Positions 18,291 to 27,882 are shown, numbered from the stretch's first letter. The stretch: DNA of 64,000 nt from Bryobacteraceae bacterium (GCA_051003475.1 JBPCLH010000070.1:9636-73635), one strand, 5' to 3'. Made by a program: numbers and translations. The notes: a model not told the origin generated them from the sequence alone.

Positions 18291-20945
18291 TCAGGCTTCG
18301 GCGGGAATGATGTCGCCGATGCCCAGGTCGCGCAACCCGGCTTCGACTTGGGAGCGATCCGCAACCACCATCCAGATCATCTGGCGAGGATCGAGAAGCA
18401 ATTTGGCGCAAGCGTCCACGTCAGCAATTGAAACTGCAGAGACACGGCTGACGTAGGTGCCGTAGTAGTCGAGGGGCAGACCGAACTGAAGGAGATCGCC
18501 GAGAAGGCTGCCGATGGAATTCATGGTCTCGTGCGAGCCGGGAAGCTCGAGAATCTGCTGCTGCTTTACTTTGTCGAGCTCTTCTTGGCGGACCGGTTTC
18601 GCACCCGCCATGCCAGAGAGTTCTTTGATGATTTCGGCGATGGAGTCGCTGGTCTTGTCGCCTTGGACAGACGCGTAGGCCAAAAATGGGCGCTGAGCGC
18701 GAGCGCCATAGAGTACAGACGCAGCGCCATACGACCAGTGTTTGTCTTCGCGCAGATTCATATTCAGACGCGCGCCGAAAGTACCGCCGAAGATGTTGTT
18801 TGTAGTCTCGAGAGCGACCTCGGTATCGGCGCTGGGCGGTGGCGCGATGCTGCCTGCGATGACAACCGAGTGCAGGGCTCCAGGCTTGTCCACCAAATAC
18901 AGAGTGGGGCGGGCCGGCTTGGTGATGCTGCTGACGTCCTTCACCGGAACTTTGCCGGGCTTCCAGTTCGCAAAGAGCTTTTCAAGTTTGGGCTTGATTT
19001 CAGCGGGGGTGGTGTCGCCGACGACAATGATGGTCGCATTGCCCGGCTTAAACCAGGTGGAGTGGAATTTGACCATGTCTTCCCGAGTGAGACTCTGAAC
19101 GCTATCTTCAGTTCCGGAGCCCGTTAGCGGCAAACCGTAGGCGTGATCGCGACCGAAAAGGAGCGGCGGCAGCGCCCGCAACGCCATTTGCAGGGGCGTG
19201 ACCTTCTCATTTGCGATGGCGGCGAGCTGAAGCTTTTGCTGGCGCCCAAAATCAGCGGCGGGAAAGACAGGATTGAGGACGACGTCCGCGTAGAGATCCA
19301 GCGCGTCATCGAGCGCGTTTTTAAGAGCTGACAGGTAAACGGTGGAGACGTCAAGATTTGAACCGCTGCTGAGCTGCGCACCCAACAGTTGCAATTCTTC
19401 GCTTATTTCAAGCGCGGTGCGCCGGGCGGTACCGCCCGTGAGCAAGGACGAAGCAAGGCGGGCAGTGCCCGGCACGACAAACTGATCGGCCGAATAGCCA
19501 GCATCGAGGGTAAGCCAGAAGTTGACGACCGGAATCTCGTGGCGCTCGGCGATCAGGATTTTTAAGCCGTTGGAAAGCCGGTCCTCTTGAATTGCCGGGA
19601 GTTTGAGCTCATGTGGAGGACCCAGCGCCGGAAGATGGCGATCGGCAGTTGTTTCGCTTACCGGCTTGGCCGGGACGAATGGGATAACTTCGAGGCTATA
19701 GACTCCGCCCGACAGCCAAGTGCGCGCTGCATTTCGCAGATCTTCCGCGGTTGCTTGCTCCAAATGCCGTAATCGCTCTTTGTAAGCGTGCGGCGAGCCT
19801 AGATAGGTTTGGCTGGTGGCAAGAATGTCCGATTTCCCGCCAAAACCGCCGATGCGTTCGACGCCGCGGACAAAACCTGCATAGGACTGAGTCTTGATGC
19901 GGTCGATCTCACGCGCAGTGGGGCCGTCTTCGAGAAAGCGGGAGAGTTCTTCGTCAACAGCGCGTTCCACGGTTTGCAAATCCTGCTCGGGGCGCGCGGT
20001 TGCAATGACCACGAACTGGCTGCCGATTTCGCGCTCGTCCAAATAGGCGGCGACGTGAGTCGCAATCTGATCGTCGTAGACGAGGCGTTTATAAAGGCGC
20101 GAAGTTTTCCCGGCGGAGAGAATGCCCGAAGCTAACCTCAGATGATCCGCGGCCGTGGTGCCGTATCCAGGGACGTTCCAGACTTTGTAGATGCGACCCT
20201 GGGGGACACGATCCTCGACGAGCTCGCGATGCTCGTCAGTCATTTTGGCTACCCAAGCACGCTGATGCGCTACGGGCGGCCCTGGCGGAATGTTGCGGAA
20301 ATATCGCTGTACTCTATGTCTGGCTTCAGCTGTCGTGATATCGCCCGCTATGACGACCACCGCATTCGATGGCGTGTAGTAGGTCTTGAACCACTCGCGC
20401 ACATCGTCAAGCGAGGCCGAATCGAGGTCTTCCATCGAGCCAATGACGGTGTGGGAATAGGGGTGCTCGGCCGGATAAGTAGATTTAGCGACCAGCTCTT
20501 CGACGATGGCGTAGGGCTGATTATCCCCCTGGCGCTTCTCGTTCTCGACGACGCCGCGCTGAAGATCGAGGATTTCCTGGTTGAGGGTTGTCGCGAAGTA
20601 GCCCATGCGGTCGGACTCCGCGAAGAGAGTGTAGTCGAGAGCTGATGTGGGAACATTCTCGAAATAGTTTGTCCGATCTTCGCTCGTGGTTCCGTTGAGG
20701 TCGGTAGCGCCGACCCGTTCCATGGCTTCGATATAGCTTCCCTGCAGGTGCTCACTGCCGCCAAACATCAGATGTTCAAAAAGGTGAGCCAGGCCTGTTC
20801 TTCCAGGCTTCTCATTCTTCGAGCCGACGTGGTACCAAATATTGATGGCGACTATGGGAGTTTTGTGGTCTTCATGAACGATGACGGTGAGGCCATTGTC
20901 AAGACTGAATTGCTCGCAGGAGATTTCGAGGTTAGAGAAATGCAT
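18291..20945 (-). CDS. M16-family (pitrilysin/insulinase-like) zinc peptidase, double-length form
   Basis: 884 aa. Inverted zinc motif HLFEHLMF (HxxEH) near the N-terminus. A second M16-like half follows without the motif. Confidence 0.88.
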   Translation of the reverse strand: MHFSNLEISCEQFSLDNGLTVIVHEDHKTPIVAINIWYHVGSKNEKPGRTGLAHLFEHLMFGGSEHLQGSYIEAMERVGATDLNGTTSEDRTNYFENVPTSALDYTLFAESDRMGYFATTLNQEILDLQRGVVENEKRQGDNQPYAIVEELVAKSTYPAEHPYSHTVIGSMEDLDSASLDDVREWFKTYYTPSNAVVVIAGDITTAEARHRVQRYFRNIPPGPPVAHQRAWVAKMTDEHRELVEDRVPQGRIYKVWNVPGYGTTAADHLRLASGILSAGKTSRLYKRLVYDDQIATHVAAYLDEREIGSQFVVIATARPEQDLQTVERAVDEELSRFLEDGPTAREIDRIKTQSYAGFVRGVERIGGFGGKSDILATSQTYLGSPHAYKERLRHLEQATAEDLRNAARTWLSGGVYSLEVIPFVPAKPVSETTADRHLPALGPPHELKLPAIQEDRLSNGLKILIAERHEIPVVNFWLTLDAGYSADQFVVPGTARLASSLLTGGTARRTALEISEELQLLGAQLSSGSNLDVSTVYLSALKNALDDALDLYADVVLNPVFPAADFGRQQKLQLAAIANEKVTPLQMALRALPPLLFGRDHAYGLPLTGSGTEDSVQSLTREDMVKFHSTWFKPGNATIIVVGDTTPAEIKPKLEKLFANWKPGKVPVKDVSSITKPARPTLYLVDKPGALHSVVIAGSIAPPPSADTEVALETTNNIFGGTFGARLNMNLREDKHWSYGAASVLYGARAQRPFLAYASVQGDKTSDSIAEIIKELSGMAGAKPVRQEELDKVKQQQILELPGSHETMNSIGSLLGDLLQFGLPLDYYGTYVSRVSAVSIADVDACAKLLLDPRQMIWMVVADRSQVEAGLRDLGIGDIIPAEA

Positions 20946-21026
20946 TACAGCGTGAAACCGTCACGATAGCAGACGAAGAGCGATCATGTGCCGTGAAAAG
21001 AGCCGGTGCGTGGCCGGGCAGGGCGC

Positions 21027-23498
21027 TCAGGAAGCTTCCGTGATGGGGTCACGCCGGAGCTCGCGGTCCAAAAAAGCCAAGAAAGCCGGCTCATCCTCAA
21101 TTTGCAGATCTATCTCGAGCCAGGCAAGATCGAGCGGGGCAATTGCACGATCTAGATGGCCGGGGCAATTCAAGCGGTCTTTTTCGGTGGTCACCAGGAT
21201 TTCGGCGCCATGCCCGCGGGCTTGATGGGCGATGCGCTGCAATTCGAGGTGCTTGTACTGATGATGGTCTTCAAAGCTCCAGCGGAAAACGATTTCGAGG
21301 CCCAGGGACTCCAATGTATTCCAGAAATTCTGTGGGTTGCCCAGACCGCAGAACGCGGCGACACGGCGAGCAGGAAGAGTTCGAATGCACTCCCCGGTGC
21401 CATAGTCGCACCAGTGGCGGACGAGCAGCCGGGTACGAAAGGTGGGCGCGGCGGGATTGTATCCGCGCAGGCGAGTGCAAATGGCTTCGTAGCGAAAGTC
21501 GGCTTCGGCACGAGTAACGACAAACGCGTGCGCGCGAGTCAAGACGTGTAGAGGCTCGCGAAGACGACCGAGCGGAACCACTTCTTCCTGGCCGAACGGG
21601 TCAAGCCCGTCCAGAACAATGATGTCCAGATCGCGCTTCATCCGGGCGTGCTGGAATCCGTCATCGAGCAGAAAGACGTCGGTAGCCGGGAATTGCGTAA
21701 GCAGAATTTTGGCGGTCTCGTAGCGGTTTGCGCCGATTCCAATGGGGGCGATACCCGCGCGCAAGAAGATCTGCGCTTCATCGCCCGTGAAAGCGGCCGG
21801 AGCCTTCGCACCCGGAGCAAGCACAAGATTTTGAGCTGGCGAGCGGCGCCGGTATCCGCGCGTAAGAATGGCGGGAGAATAGGTGTGGGTCTTGAGGCGC
21901 GTGGCTAGGTAATTGGTAAGCGGAGTTTTCCCGGATCCCCCGACCGTGATCCCACCGATGCTGACCACGGGCACTGGCAATCGGGGCAGAGAGCCAGCGT
22001 GCTGTTCGGCCCGCCGCCGGTTCAGGACGGCTACAGTATGCCAAAGAAGCGCAAGCGGACAGAGGATAGAGCGTGCAAGGAGACCGCGAACTGGCTTGAG
22101 GAAGGCTTCGCGATAGATTCGCTGCAGATCACCGGCGATTCGGCGAGATACACCGGCGTGGCGTTCCACAACCTGACGGGCACGCCTGCCTAGGTCCATG
22201 GCAGCGGCATGGCCAGTGAGCAGATCCCGGACTGCCGGCAGCAATTCGTCTTCATGCTGAATCTGGATCATGGCGCGGGCGTCAAGAAAGTCTCGAGCGA
22301 TGGTTTCGAAATTTTGCATGTGCGGGCCAACTACTATGGGGAGGCCGGCCGCAGCAGGCTCGAGAATGTTGTGTCCACCTCTGGGTGCGATAGAACCGCC
22401 GACAAATACCACTTGCGCGAGCGAAAATATGTCGGCCAGCTCGCCTACGGTGTCAAGCAGAAGGACTCCAGGCAGATCGAGTGTCACTCGGGAATTAGCT
22501 TCCATCGAAGTACGCCGGAGGAATCGGATACCGCTGGTCTCGAGCTTGCGCGCTACAACGTCGAATCGAGCCGGTTGACGCGGAACGAGGATGAGCAGAA
22601 GGCGGGGGAACTCGGCGGCAAGCCTCTGAAAAGTCCGTATGACAATCTCGTCTTCATCGGTCGAATGCCGGGTGATGCTGCCAGGTTCATTCGGGCCGGC
22701 CGTACTGGCGGCAATCCAAATATGCTTTGCACCGAATGTAGGGATATCGGCGGGCGTGGATGAGAAAGAAACGTCGTACTTCAGATTGCCCGCGATTTCG
22801 AGCCGCGAGGCCGGGACGCTGAGCTGGCGGTAGCGGTCATAATCGGTGCGACTCTGTACATAAACCGCGTCGGCTAGCAGCAGGATCGGAGCGAACAACG
22901 CTTGCAGTGCTTTGTACCGCGGCCACGCGCGATCGGAAATGCGCCCATTCACGATGACGACGCGGGCTCCAAAGCGTTTTGTTTCGGCATACAGGTGAGG
23001 CCAGATTTCGGTTTCGAGGATGACAAGGAGGGCGGGCCGGATGGCTCGTAAGGTTCGACGTACGCATGATGGGTAATCGAGCGGGCAGAAGAAAATACCG
23101 TTGACTAAAGAAGAGGCGCGGCGTTCCGCGGCCTCCCGGCCGGCAATTGTGGATGTAGATAGGTAGATTGGAGTGAGCGGCTGAACTGATTGCAGTTCTT
23201 CGAGGAGGGGAATAGCGGAAGCGATTTCACCGGCCGATACCGCATGCAACCAAATGCATCCGGGATTCGTCCGACTGAAGCGCCGGGAGAGGAATCCGAG
23301 ACGTTCGCCGAAATGGGCTGCGTAGCCGCGGGTGGTCAGCAACCGGGCGGCGAGGTACAGAACGGTGAACGGGAAAGCTAGGAGCTGGATTAACCGGTAA
23401 AGGAGAAGGCTGCGCGTGATTCCAGGAACTCGATTCGTGATTTCGAGTATAGCTTTGGTGGTCGTCGCCGCCGTTGTGGGTACGAGCACCGAAGACAA
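21027..23498 (-). CDS. Fused Kdo transferase (GT30, WaaA/KdtA) and tetraacyldisaccharide 4'-kinase (LpxK)
   Basis: 823 aa. The N-terminal ~440 aa are WaaA-like (IWLHAVSAGEIASAIPLLEEL..., VFVGGSIAPRGGHNILEPAA). The C-terminal ~340 aa are LpxK-like (VPVVSIGGITVGGSGKTPLTNYLA, ILTRGY, LLDDGFQH). Confidence 0.85.
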   Translation of the reverse strand: MSSVLVPTTAATTTKAILEITNRVPGITRSLLLYRLIQLLAFPFTVLYLAARLLTTRGYAAHFGERLGFLSRRFSRTNPGCIWLHAVSAGEIASAIPLLEELQSVQPLTPIYLSTSTIAGREAAERRASSLVNGIFFCPLDYPSCVRRTLRAIRPALLVILETEIWPHLYAETKRFGARVVIVNGRISDRAWPRYKALQALFAPILLLADAVYVQSRTDYDRYRQLSVPASRLEIAGNLKYDVSFSSTPADIPTFGAKHIWIAASTAGPNEPGSITRHSTDEDEIVIRTFQRLAAEFPRLLLILVPRQPARFDVVARKLETSGIRFLRRTSMEANSRVTLDLPGVLLLDTVGELADIFSLAQVVFVGGSIAPRGGHNILEPAAAGLPIVVGPHMQNFETIARDFLDARAMIQIQHEDELLPAVRDLLTGHAAAMDLGRRARQVVERHAGVSRRIAGDLQRIYREAFLKPVRGLLARSILCPLALLWHTVAVLNRRRAEQHAGSLPRLPVPVVSIGGITVGGSGKTPLTNYLATRLKTHTYSPAILTRGYRRRSPAQNLVLAPGAKAPAAFTGDEAQIFLRAGIAPIGIGANRYETAKILLTQFPATDVFLLDDGFQHARMKRDLDIIVLDGLDPFGQEEVVPLGRLREPLHVLTRAHAFVVTRAEADFRYEAICTRLRGYNPAAPTFRTRLLVRHWCDYGTGECIRTLPARRVAAFCGLGNPQNFWNTLESLGLEIVFRWSFEDHHQYKHLELQRIAHQARGHGAEILVTTEKDRLNCPGHLDRAIAPLDLAWLEIDLQIEDEPAFLAFLDRELRRDPITEAS

Positions 23499-24018
23499 GG
23501 CATTTCGGCCAGGCGCGGCAAGCGAGTATGCGCACCAAACATCCGAGCAGGTGATGATAGGAGCGAAGTCTTACGACACCGAACAGTTAACGGCCGAAGC
23601 GTTCGGGAAGAAAACGGATCTCTTGAAGTACGGGATTTTGCCAGTGCTCGTGGTGATCGAAAACAAAAGGCAAAAAACGCTGGATCTGCGGAATTTGGAG
23701 GTAAACCTGGTGGCTGCGGACGGCAGGCACGCGGGGCCGGTCAGTCCGGACGATATACCGTTTTTAGGGAAGCGAACCAAGACGCCGACGATGAACCCGG
23801 TGCCAAATCCTTTGCCTAAGAAGAAGAATCCGCTGAACGCTCCGCAAATCGTGGAGCGAGCGTTCGCGGCAAAGATGTTGCCGCCTGGAGATTCGACGAG
23901 CGGGTTTTTCTACTTCGAGGCGAAGCCGGAGTTAGGAGACAAACTGTACCTGAACGGGCTGCGTGAAACGCCCTCTGGGCGTGAGATTTTGTATTTTGAG
24001 TTTGAGCTGGACAGGTAG
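23416..24018 (+). CDS. Hypothetical protein, possibly membrane-anchored or secreted; start uncertain
   Basis: 200-aa ORF with a hydrophobic N-terminus (ISSIALVVVAAVVG). The first 83 nt overlap the 5' end of waaA-lpxK on the other strand. An alternative start lies at the ATG near 23554. I recognised no family. Confidence 0.5.
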   Translation: MIPGTRFVISSIALVVVAAVVGTSTEDKAFRPGAASEYAHQTSEQVMIGAKSYDTEQLTAEAFGKKTDLLKYGILPVLVVIENKRQKTLDLRNLEVNLVAADGRHAGPVSPDDIPFLGKRTKTPTMNPVPNPLPKKKNPLNAPQIVERAFAAKMLPPGDSTSGFFYFEAKPELGDKLYLNGLRETPSGREILYFEFELDR

Positions 24019-24029
24019 GGGCAGGGGTG

Positions 24030-24953
24030 TCAACGGTTGTGGAATCTGGGGGTGTGTTTACGAATCCAATCCCAAGAGCGCGCGAGGTCATGGGGGTCGA
24101 TGAACAGCACATACGCCGAGAGAACGGTCCACTGGAAGAGCGGAATTTCCAAGCGGTACTCGAGAAATAGGTGGAACAACAACCCGGCCAGGAGCACGGG
24201 GTAGCGCAGTTCTTTGAACCAAACCAGAACGCCAAGAGAGAATTCAATCACGAGCGTTAACCAGCTCCCCAGCTTAACGAAGATGGAGTTTTCGATCCAC
24301 GATGGTAGCGGGAAGCGCTGGTAGTCAGCAAGATGATTCAAATAGAAGACCGCCGTGCCGTTCACCCAGGCAGCGCCCGTAGATTTCCACCAAAACGCCA
24401 CGATGTAAAGCAATGAGAGTTCAAACTGGATCATGCGCTGTGCCCAGGGAGCCCTGGGCTGGATCTCCGGACCTTCTTTCCCTCTGCGTATTCGGACCAG
24501 GCGATCTATCGAGAGAGCAGCGCCGGCTGGTGCGAACATCAGAAAAAATCCCGCCACCCGGAGGAACGTGTCACCGCTATTCGTGATGTACAGATTCCTC
24601 TGCTGAATCGATGTGAGACAAAGGAATGCAATTACGCTATTGATGCGGGTCAGGAAGCCGAACATCAGAGATACGGCCGAGACGAGGAAGGTCCAAAAGA
24701 AAGCTTCGACCCAGCTATCGTCATGCGGCAGGATGGTGAACAAGTTGAGCCGCAGGCCTGGCTCGAGTTTGAGTATCGTTGCCAGACTTGTCCAGGAATG
24801 TTCGCCGTACCAAGCCAGCCAGTCCGGACGCAGCAAGACCAAGTCTGCGATGAGCAGCATTCCGTAGAGCACGCGGAATAAGGCGATTGCTACCGGCGAC
24901 TGCGGCGTAAAGAAGAATTCGTCCCACGCCTTGACGACGGATCGAACGCTCAT
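24030..24953 (-). CDS. HTTM-domain (vitamin-K-dependent gamma-carboxylase-like horizontally transferred transmembrane) protein
   Basis: 307 aa, polytopic. The N-terminus WDEFFFTPQSPVAIALFRVLYGMLLIADLVLL is typical of HTTM domains. It shares a 4-nt overlap with the upstream ORF. Confidence 0.7.
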   Translation of the reverse strand: MSVRSVVKAWDEFFFTPQSPVAIALFRVLYGMLLIADLVLLRPDWLAWYGEHSWTSLATILKLEPGLRLNLFTILPHDDSWVEAFFWTFLVSAVSLMFGFLTRINSVIAFLCLTSIQQRNLYITNSGDTFLRVAGFFLMFAPAGAALSIDRLVRIRRGKEGPEIQPRAPWAQRMIQFELSLLYIVAFWWKSTGAAWVNGTAVFYLNHLADYQRFPLPSWIENSIFVKLGSWLTLVIEFSLGVLVWFKELRYPVLLAGLLFHLFLEYRLEIPLFQWTVLSAYVLFIDPHDLARSWDWIRKHTPRFHNR

Positions 24954-25525
24954 TGCAAATCCCGGGGCGTGACATTGTATTCAAAGAAAATGTTCGCGTG
25001 CCATGGCTCGGGACGGTACGATCCGCCGGCGCTGGGAGGCTTGATTTCGGACCAGTGTCGAACCAAAATCACGATGGTGGGCGGGTCAGACGCGCTCCTG
25101 TGCAGCCCCGCGATATGGCGGGCCATATCGGGCCATAACGCAGAATTGGCGTCGTTCTGGGCATTCTCCGAAAACTTCCGGTAGCGCTCTTTGAATTCAC
25201 GCTGCAGGAAGCCGAGTTTTTCCAATCTCGGAAATTTCCACGTTTGAGTTCGGCCGTCCTTGAAAATGACGACTGCTTCGATGTAGGAGTTAACGTTTCG
25301 GGGTGATGGCGCGAACATATCCCAACCTTGAAACAGCCCGGACCAAAGCATATACGGGCGCACTAGATCCCTGAAGTTGGCGATTAATGGTGAAGCTAAA
25401 GGTATGGACCAGCACGTGATCGCAACGATATGGAAAAGCAGAAACGTATTGATCGCAATGTGTTTCAACGTCTGCGGACGCAGTACGCGGGCGGCTTTCC
25501 CTTCGTGCGCTAGCACGGCCATCAT
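24950..25525 (-). CDS. Single-pass membrane protein coupled to the HTTM gene
   Basis: 191 aa. One N-terminal TM helix (INTFLLFHIVAITCWSIPL) and the motif FQGWDMFAPSP. The ATGA overlap with the HTTM gene suggests co-translation. Confidence 0.55.
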   Translation of the reverse strand: MMAVLAHEGKAARVLRPQTLKHIAINTFLLFHIVAITCWSIPLASPLIANFRDLVRPYMLWSGLFQGWDMFAPSPRNVNSYIEAVVIFKDGRTQTWKFPRLEKLGFLQREFKERYRKFSENAQNDANSALWPDMARHIAGLHRSASDPPTIVILVRHWSEIKPPSAGGSYRPEPWHANIFFEYNVTPRDLQ

Positions 25526-25574
25526 TCTTACATTCTTAGATGGGGAAGCCCTTCAAATCCGCCGGGGGTGCGCT

Positions 25575-27095
25575 TCAGCTCCAATAATTGCGATCCAGAT
25601 TGCGGCACTGAACGGCTTCGGCAAGATGCTTAGCGGAAACGTTCGCTGAGTGGTCGAGATCGGCAATCGTGCGGGCTACGCGCAAAACTCGATCATGGGC
25701 ACGGGCGGAGAGGTTCATTCGGCGAACTGCCATCTCGAGAGTTCGCTCGCCGCTGTCGTCGAGAGCGCATAGGGTCCGGAGCTGAGAGGGAGGGATCTGC
25801 GAGTTGTAGAAGCCGCGCTGGCGTTGCGTTTCGCGCGCCTCTTCCACGCGCTCCCGTATGTGGGCGGATGAATGGCCGTCGCCCTTACTGCGGAGTTCTT
25901 TGTAGGGCACGGCAGGAACTTCGATGTGCAGATCGATGCGATCGAGCAGAGGCCCGCTGATCTTTGCGAGATAGCGCTGGATGATGCCCGGCGTACAGCG
26001 GCATTCGCGCGTGATGTCGCCGTAGAATCCGCACGGGCAGGGATTCATGGCGGCCACCAGCATCAGGCGGGCAGGGAACGTAAGAGTGCCATTGCTACGA
26101 GCCAGGGTGACAGAACCCTCTTCCAGGGGCTGCCGCAGCTGCTCCAGCACGCCGCGCGGAAACTCCGGCAACTCATCGAGGAACAGAACACCTTGATGAG
26201 CCAGACTTACTTCGCCGGGGCGTGGACTGCCGCTGCCGCCGCCAATCAAACCTGCGTCCGAGATGGTGTGGTGCGGAGAGCGGAATGGCCGATGCCGCAA
26301 CACGCCAATGCGAGCCGGCAACACGCCAGCGACGCCGTGAATCTGCGTGGCTTCGAGTGCCTCGCGAAAGGTCAGCTTAGGGAGGATGCCTGCAAAACGT
26401 TTTGCAAGCATCGTCTTTCCCGAGCCTGGAGGTCCGATCATCAGCACGTTGTGACTGCCCGCGGCGGCGACCTCTAATGCACGCTTGGCCATGGTCTGAC
26501 CACGTACGTCACTGAAATCTGGAATCGCGGAATCACTGGAATCGGGCTCGGGAAGAGTGGCGGTGGTCGGCGTAAATGCAGCGGGCTCGTTCAAGAACTG
26601 AACCACTTCCGCGAGATGGCGCAATCCGAAGACGCGCACACCCTCAGCAACCGAGGCCTCAGCGGCGTTGTCGATCGGAACCAACAAATTGGGGATGCCC
26701 CTGCGAGCCGCGCAAACTGCAATAGAAAGCGCGCCGCGAACCGGCCGCAGACTGCCGTCCAGAGAAAGTTCGCCCACGATCAAGTAATCATCAGCTTTGG
26801 CAACGGCCCCCATTGCACCGAGAATTGCAGTCGCCATGGGCAGATCGAAACCGGCCCCCTCTTTACGGACATTTGCTGGAGCGAGATTAATCGTGACGGA
26901 CTTACTGGGGTAGCCGAATCCGGAATTCAACAGGGCAGACTTAATTCGTTCGCGGCTTTCTTTCACAGCCGCGTCGGGCATACCTACGGTGACAAAATCG
27001 CGGTTGGTGCCAGCCGGGTACATGTCGACTTCAACGTCGATGACGTGCGCGTCGATGCCCTGAATGGCTGCGCTGAATGTCCGGAATAACGCCAC
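25575..27095 (-). CDS. comM: YifB/ComM-family Mg-chelatase-like AAA+ ATPase
   Basis: 506 aa. An N-terminal Lon-protease-like domain is followed by the GPPGSGKTMLA Walker A, VLFLDELPEF Walker B and a C-terminal ChlI-like region. Confidence 0.9.
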   Translation of the reverse strand: MALFRTFSAAIQGIDAHVIDVEVDMYPAGTNRDFVTVGMPDAAVKESRERIKSALLNSGFGYPSKSVTINLAPANVRKEGAGFDLPMATAILGAMGAVAKADDYLIVGELSLDGSLRPVRGALSIAVCAARRGIPNLLVPIDNAAEASVAEGVRVFGLRHLAEVVQFLNEPAAFTPTTATLPEPDSSDSAIPDFSDVRGQTMAKRALEVAAAGSHNVLMIGPPGSGKTMLAKRFAGILPKLTFREALEATQIHGVAGVLPARIGVLRHRPFRSPHHTISDAGLIGGGSGSPRPGEVSLAHQGVLFLDELPEFPRGVLEQLRQPLEEGSVTLARSNGTLTFPARLMLVAAMNPCPCGFYGDITRECRCTPGIIQRYLAKISGPLLDRIDLHIEVPAVPYKELRSKGDGHSSAHIRERVEEARETQRQRGFYNSQIPPSQLRTLCALDDSGERTLEMAVRRMNLSARAHDRVLRVARTIADLDHSANVSAKHLAEAVQCRNLDRNYWS

Positions 27096-27139
27096 AAGAA
27101 GCTAGTACAGATGGGCGTAATTCATTCTCAGGCAGAGGC

Positions 27140-27601
27140 TTATCGTGCTGCGGGATTCTCGTTCTGTGGCTTTTGACTTTGCACGGTAAGCCACTTTGAT
27201 CCTTCTTGAGAGATGAGAGATTCGATGCGCTCAGCAAGCATTGCCTGCGGATTCTGGGCGGCTGAATACGGCCCAGCCTTCTCCAGATATAGAAATTTCT
27301 CGTGTTTGAGTGCCTCTGAAGTCCCGCGATAGGAGGTCCAGTTCGAGTTATATTGATTCAGCTGTTGCAAACCCTCCATAACGGCGATTAAGACGCCCAG
27401 ACCAGCAGCGATGTATCGTCCATCAGGGATGGTGGTGGTCGTCAGTACCGGAATCGCCGCGGCCGAACCGATGGTGATGCCCTTCATCATTTTGAAACGC
27501 CTTTGATTCAAGCTGCTCTTCCGGCTGTACCAATCGATCTGGTCCTCCAGCCTGGCCAGAGTCACTTCTTCAGGCGTCTGCCTTGGTTGAGTGTCAGCCA
27601 T
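27140..27601 (-). CDS. DUF4231 / SLATT-like two-TM protein
   Basis: 153 aa. RLEDQIDWYSRKSSLNQRRFKMMKGITIGSAAAIPVL, then a second hydrophobic helix, then NWTSYRGTSEALKHEKFLY. This matches the characteristic DUF4231 layout. Confidence 0.7.
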   Translation of the reverse strand: MADTQPRQTPEEVTLARLEDQIDWYSRKSSLNQRRFKMMKGITIGSAAAIPVLTTTTIPDGRYIAAGLGVLIAVMEGLQQLNQYNSNWTSYRGTSEALKHEKFLYLEKAGPYSAAQNPQAMLAERIESLISQEGSKWLTVQSQKPQNENPAAR

Positions 27602-27609
27602 GAACCTAG

Positions 27610-27882
27610 TCAGGTGGCGCGCCGCCGGCCTACAGTCCCGCGATGAATAAGCCCCAGATCGAGAACGATGGCGATGAACAGAAAGACCAGCTGGATCGCT
27701 CCCATCGGTTGATGCGTGTTCAGCAAGTAAGCGTAAACAATAAGCGTAAGTGGTAAAAAGATAAAGCCCAAAATGGGGATGATGATCCCGTGGATTGAGC
27801 TGAAAAAGTTACTGAAGAGCCACAGGAGGACGATGGCGACCCGTGGAAATGCTACAGCCAACAGCGCAAGTAAACAGGGCAT
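27610..27882 (-). CDS. Small integral membrane protein (3 predicted TM helices)
   Basis: 90 aa, almost entirely hydrophobic, with a basic C-terminus (GRRRAT). It ends 8 nt upstream of the DUF4231 gene on the same strand. Confidence 0.55.
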   Translation of the reverse strand: MPCLLALLAVAFPRVAIVLLWLFSNFFSSIHGIIIPILGFIFLPLTLIVYAYLLNTHQPMGAIQLVFLFIAIVLDLGLIHRGTVGRRRAT

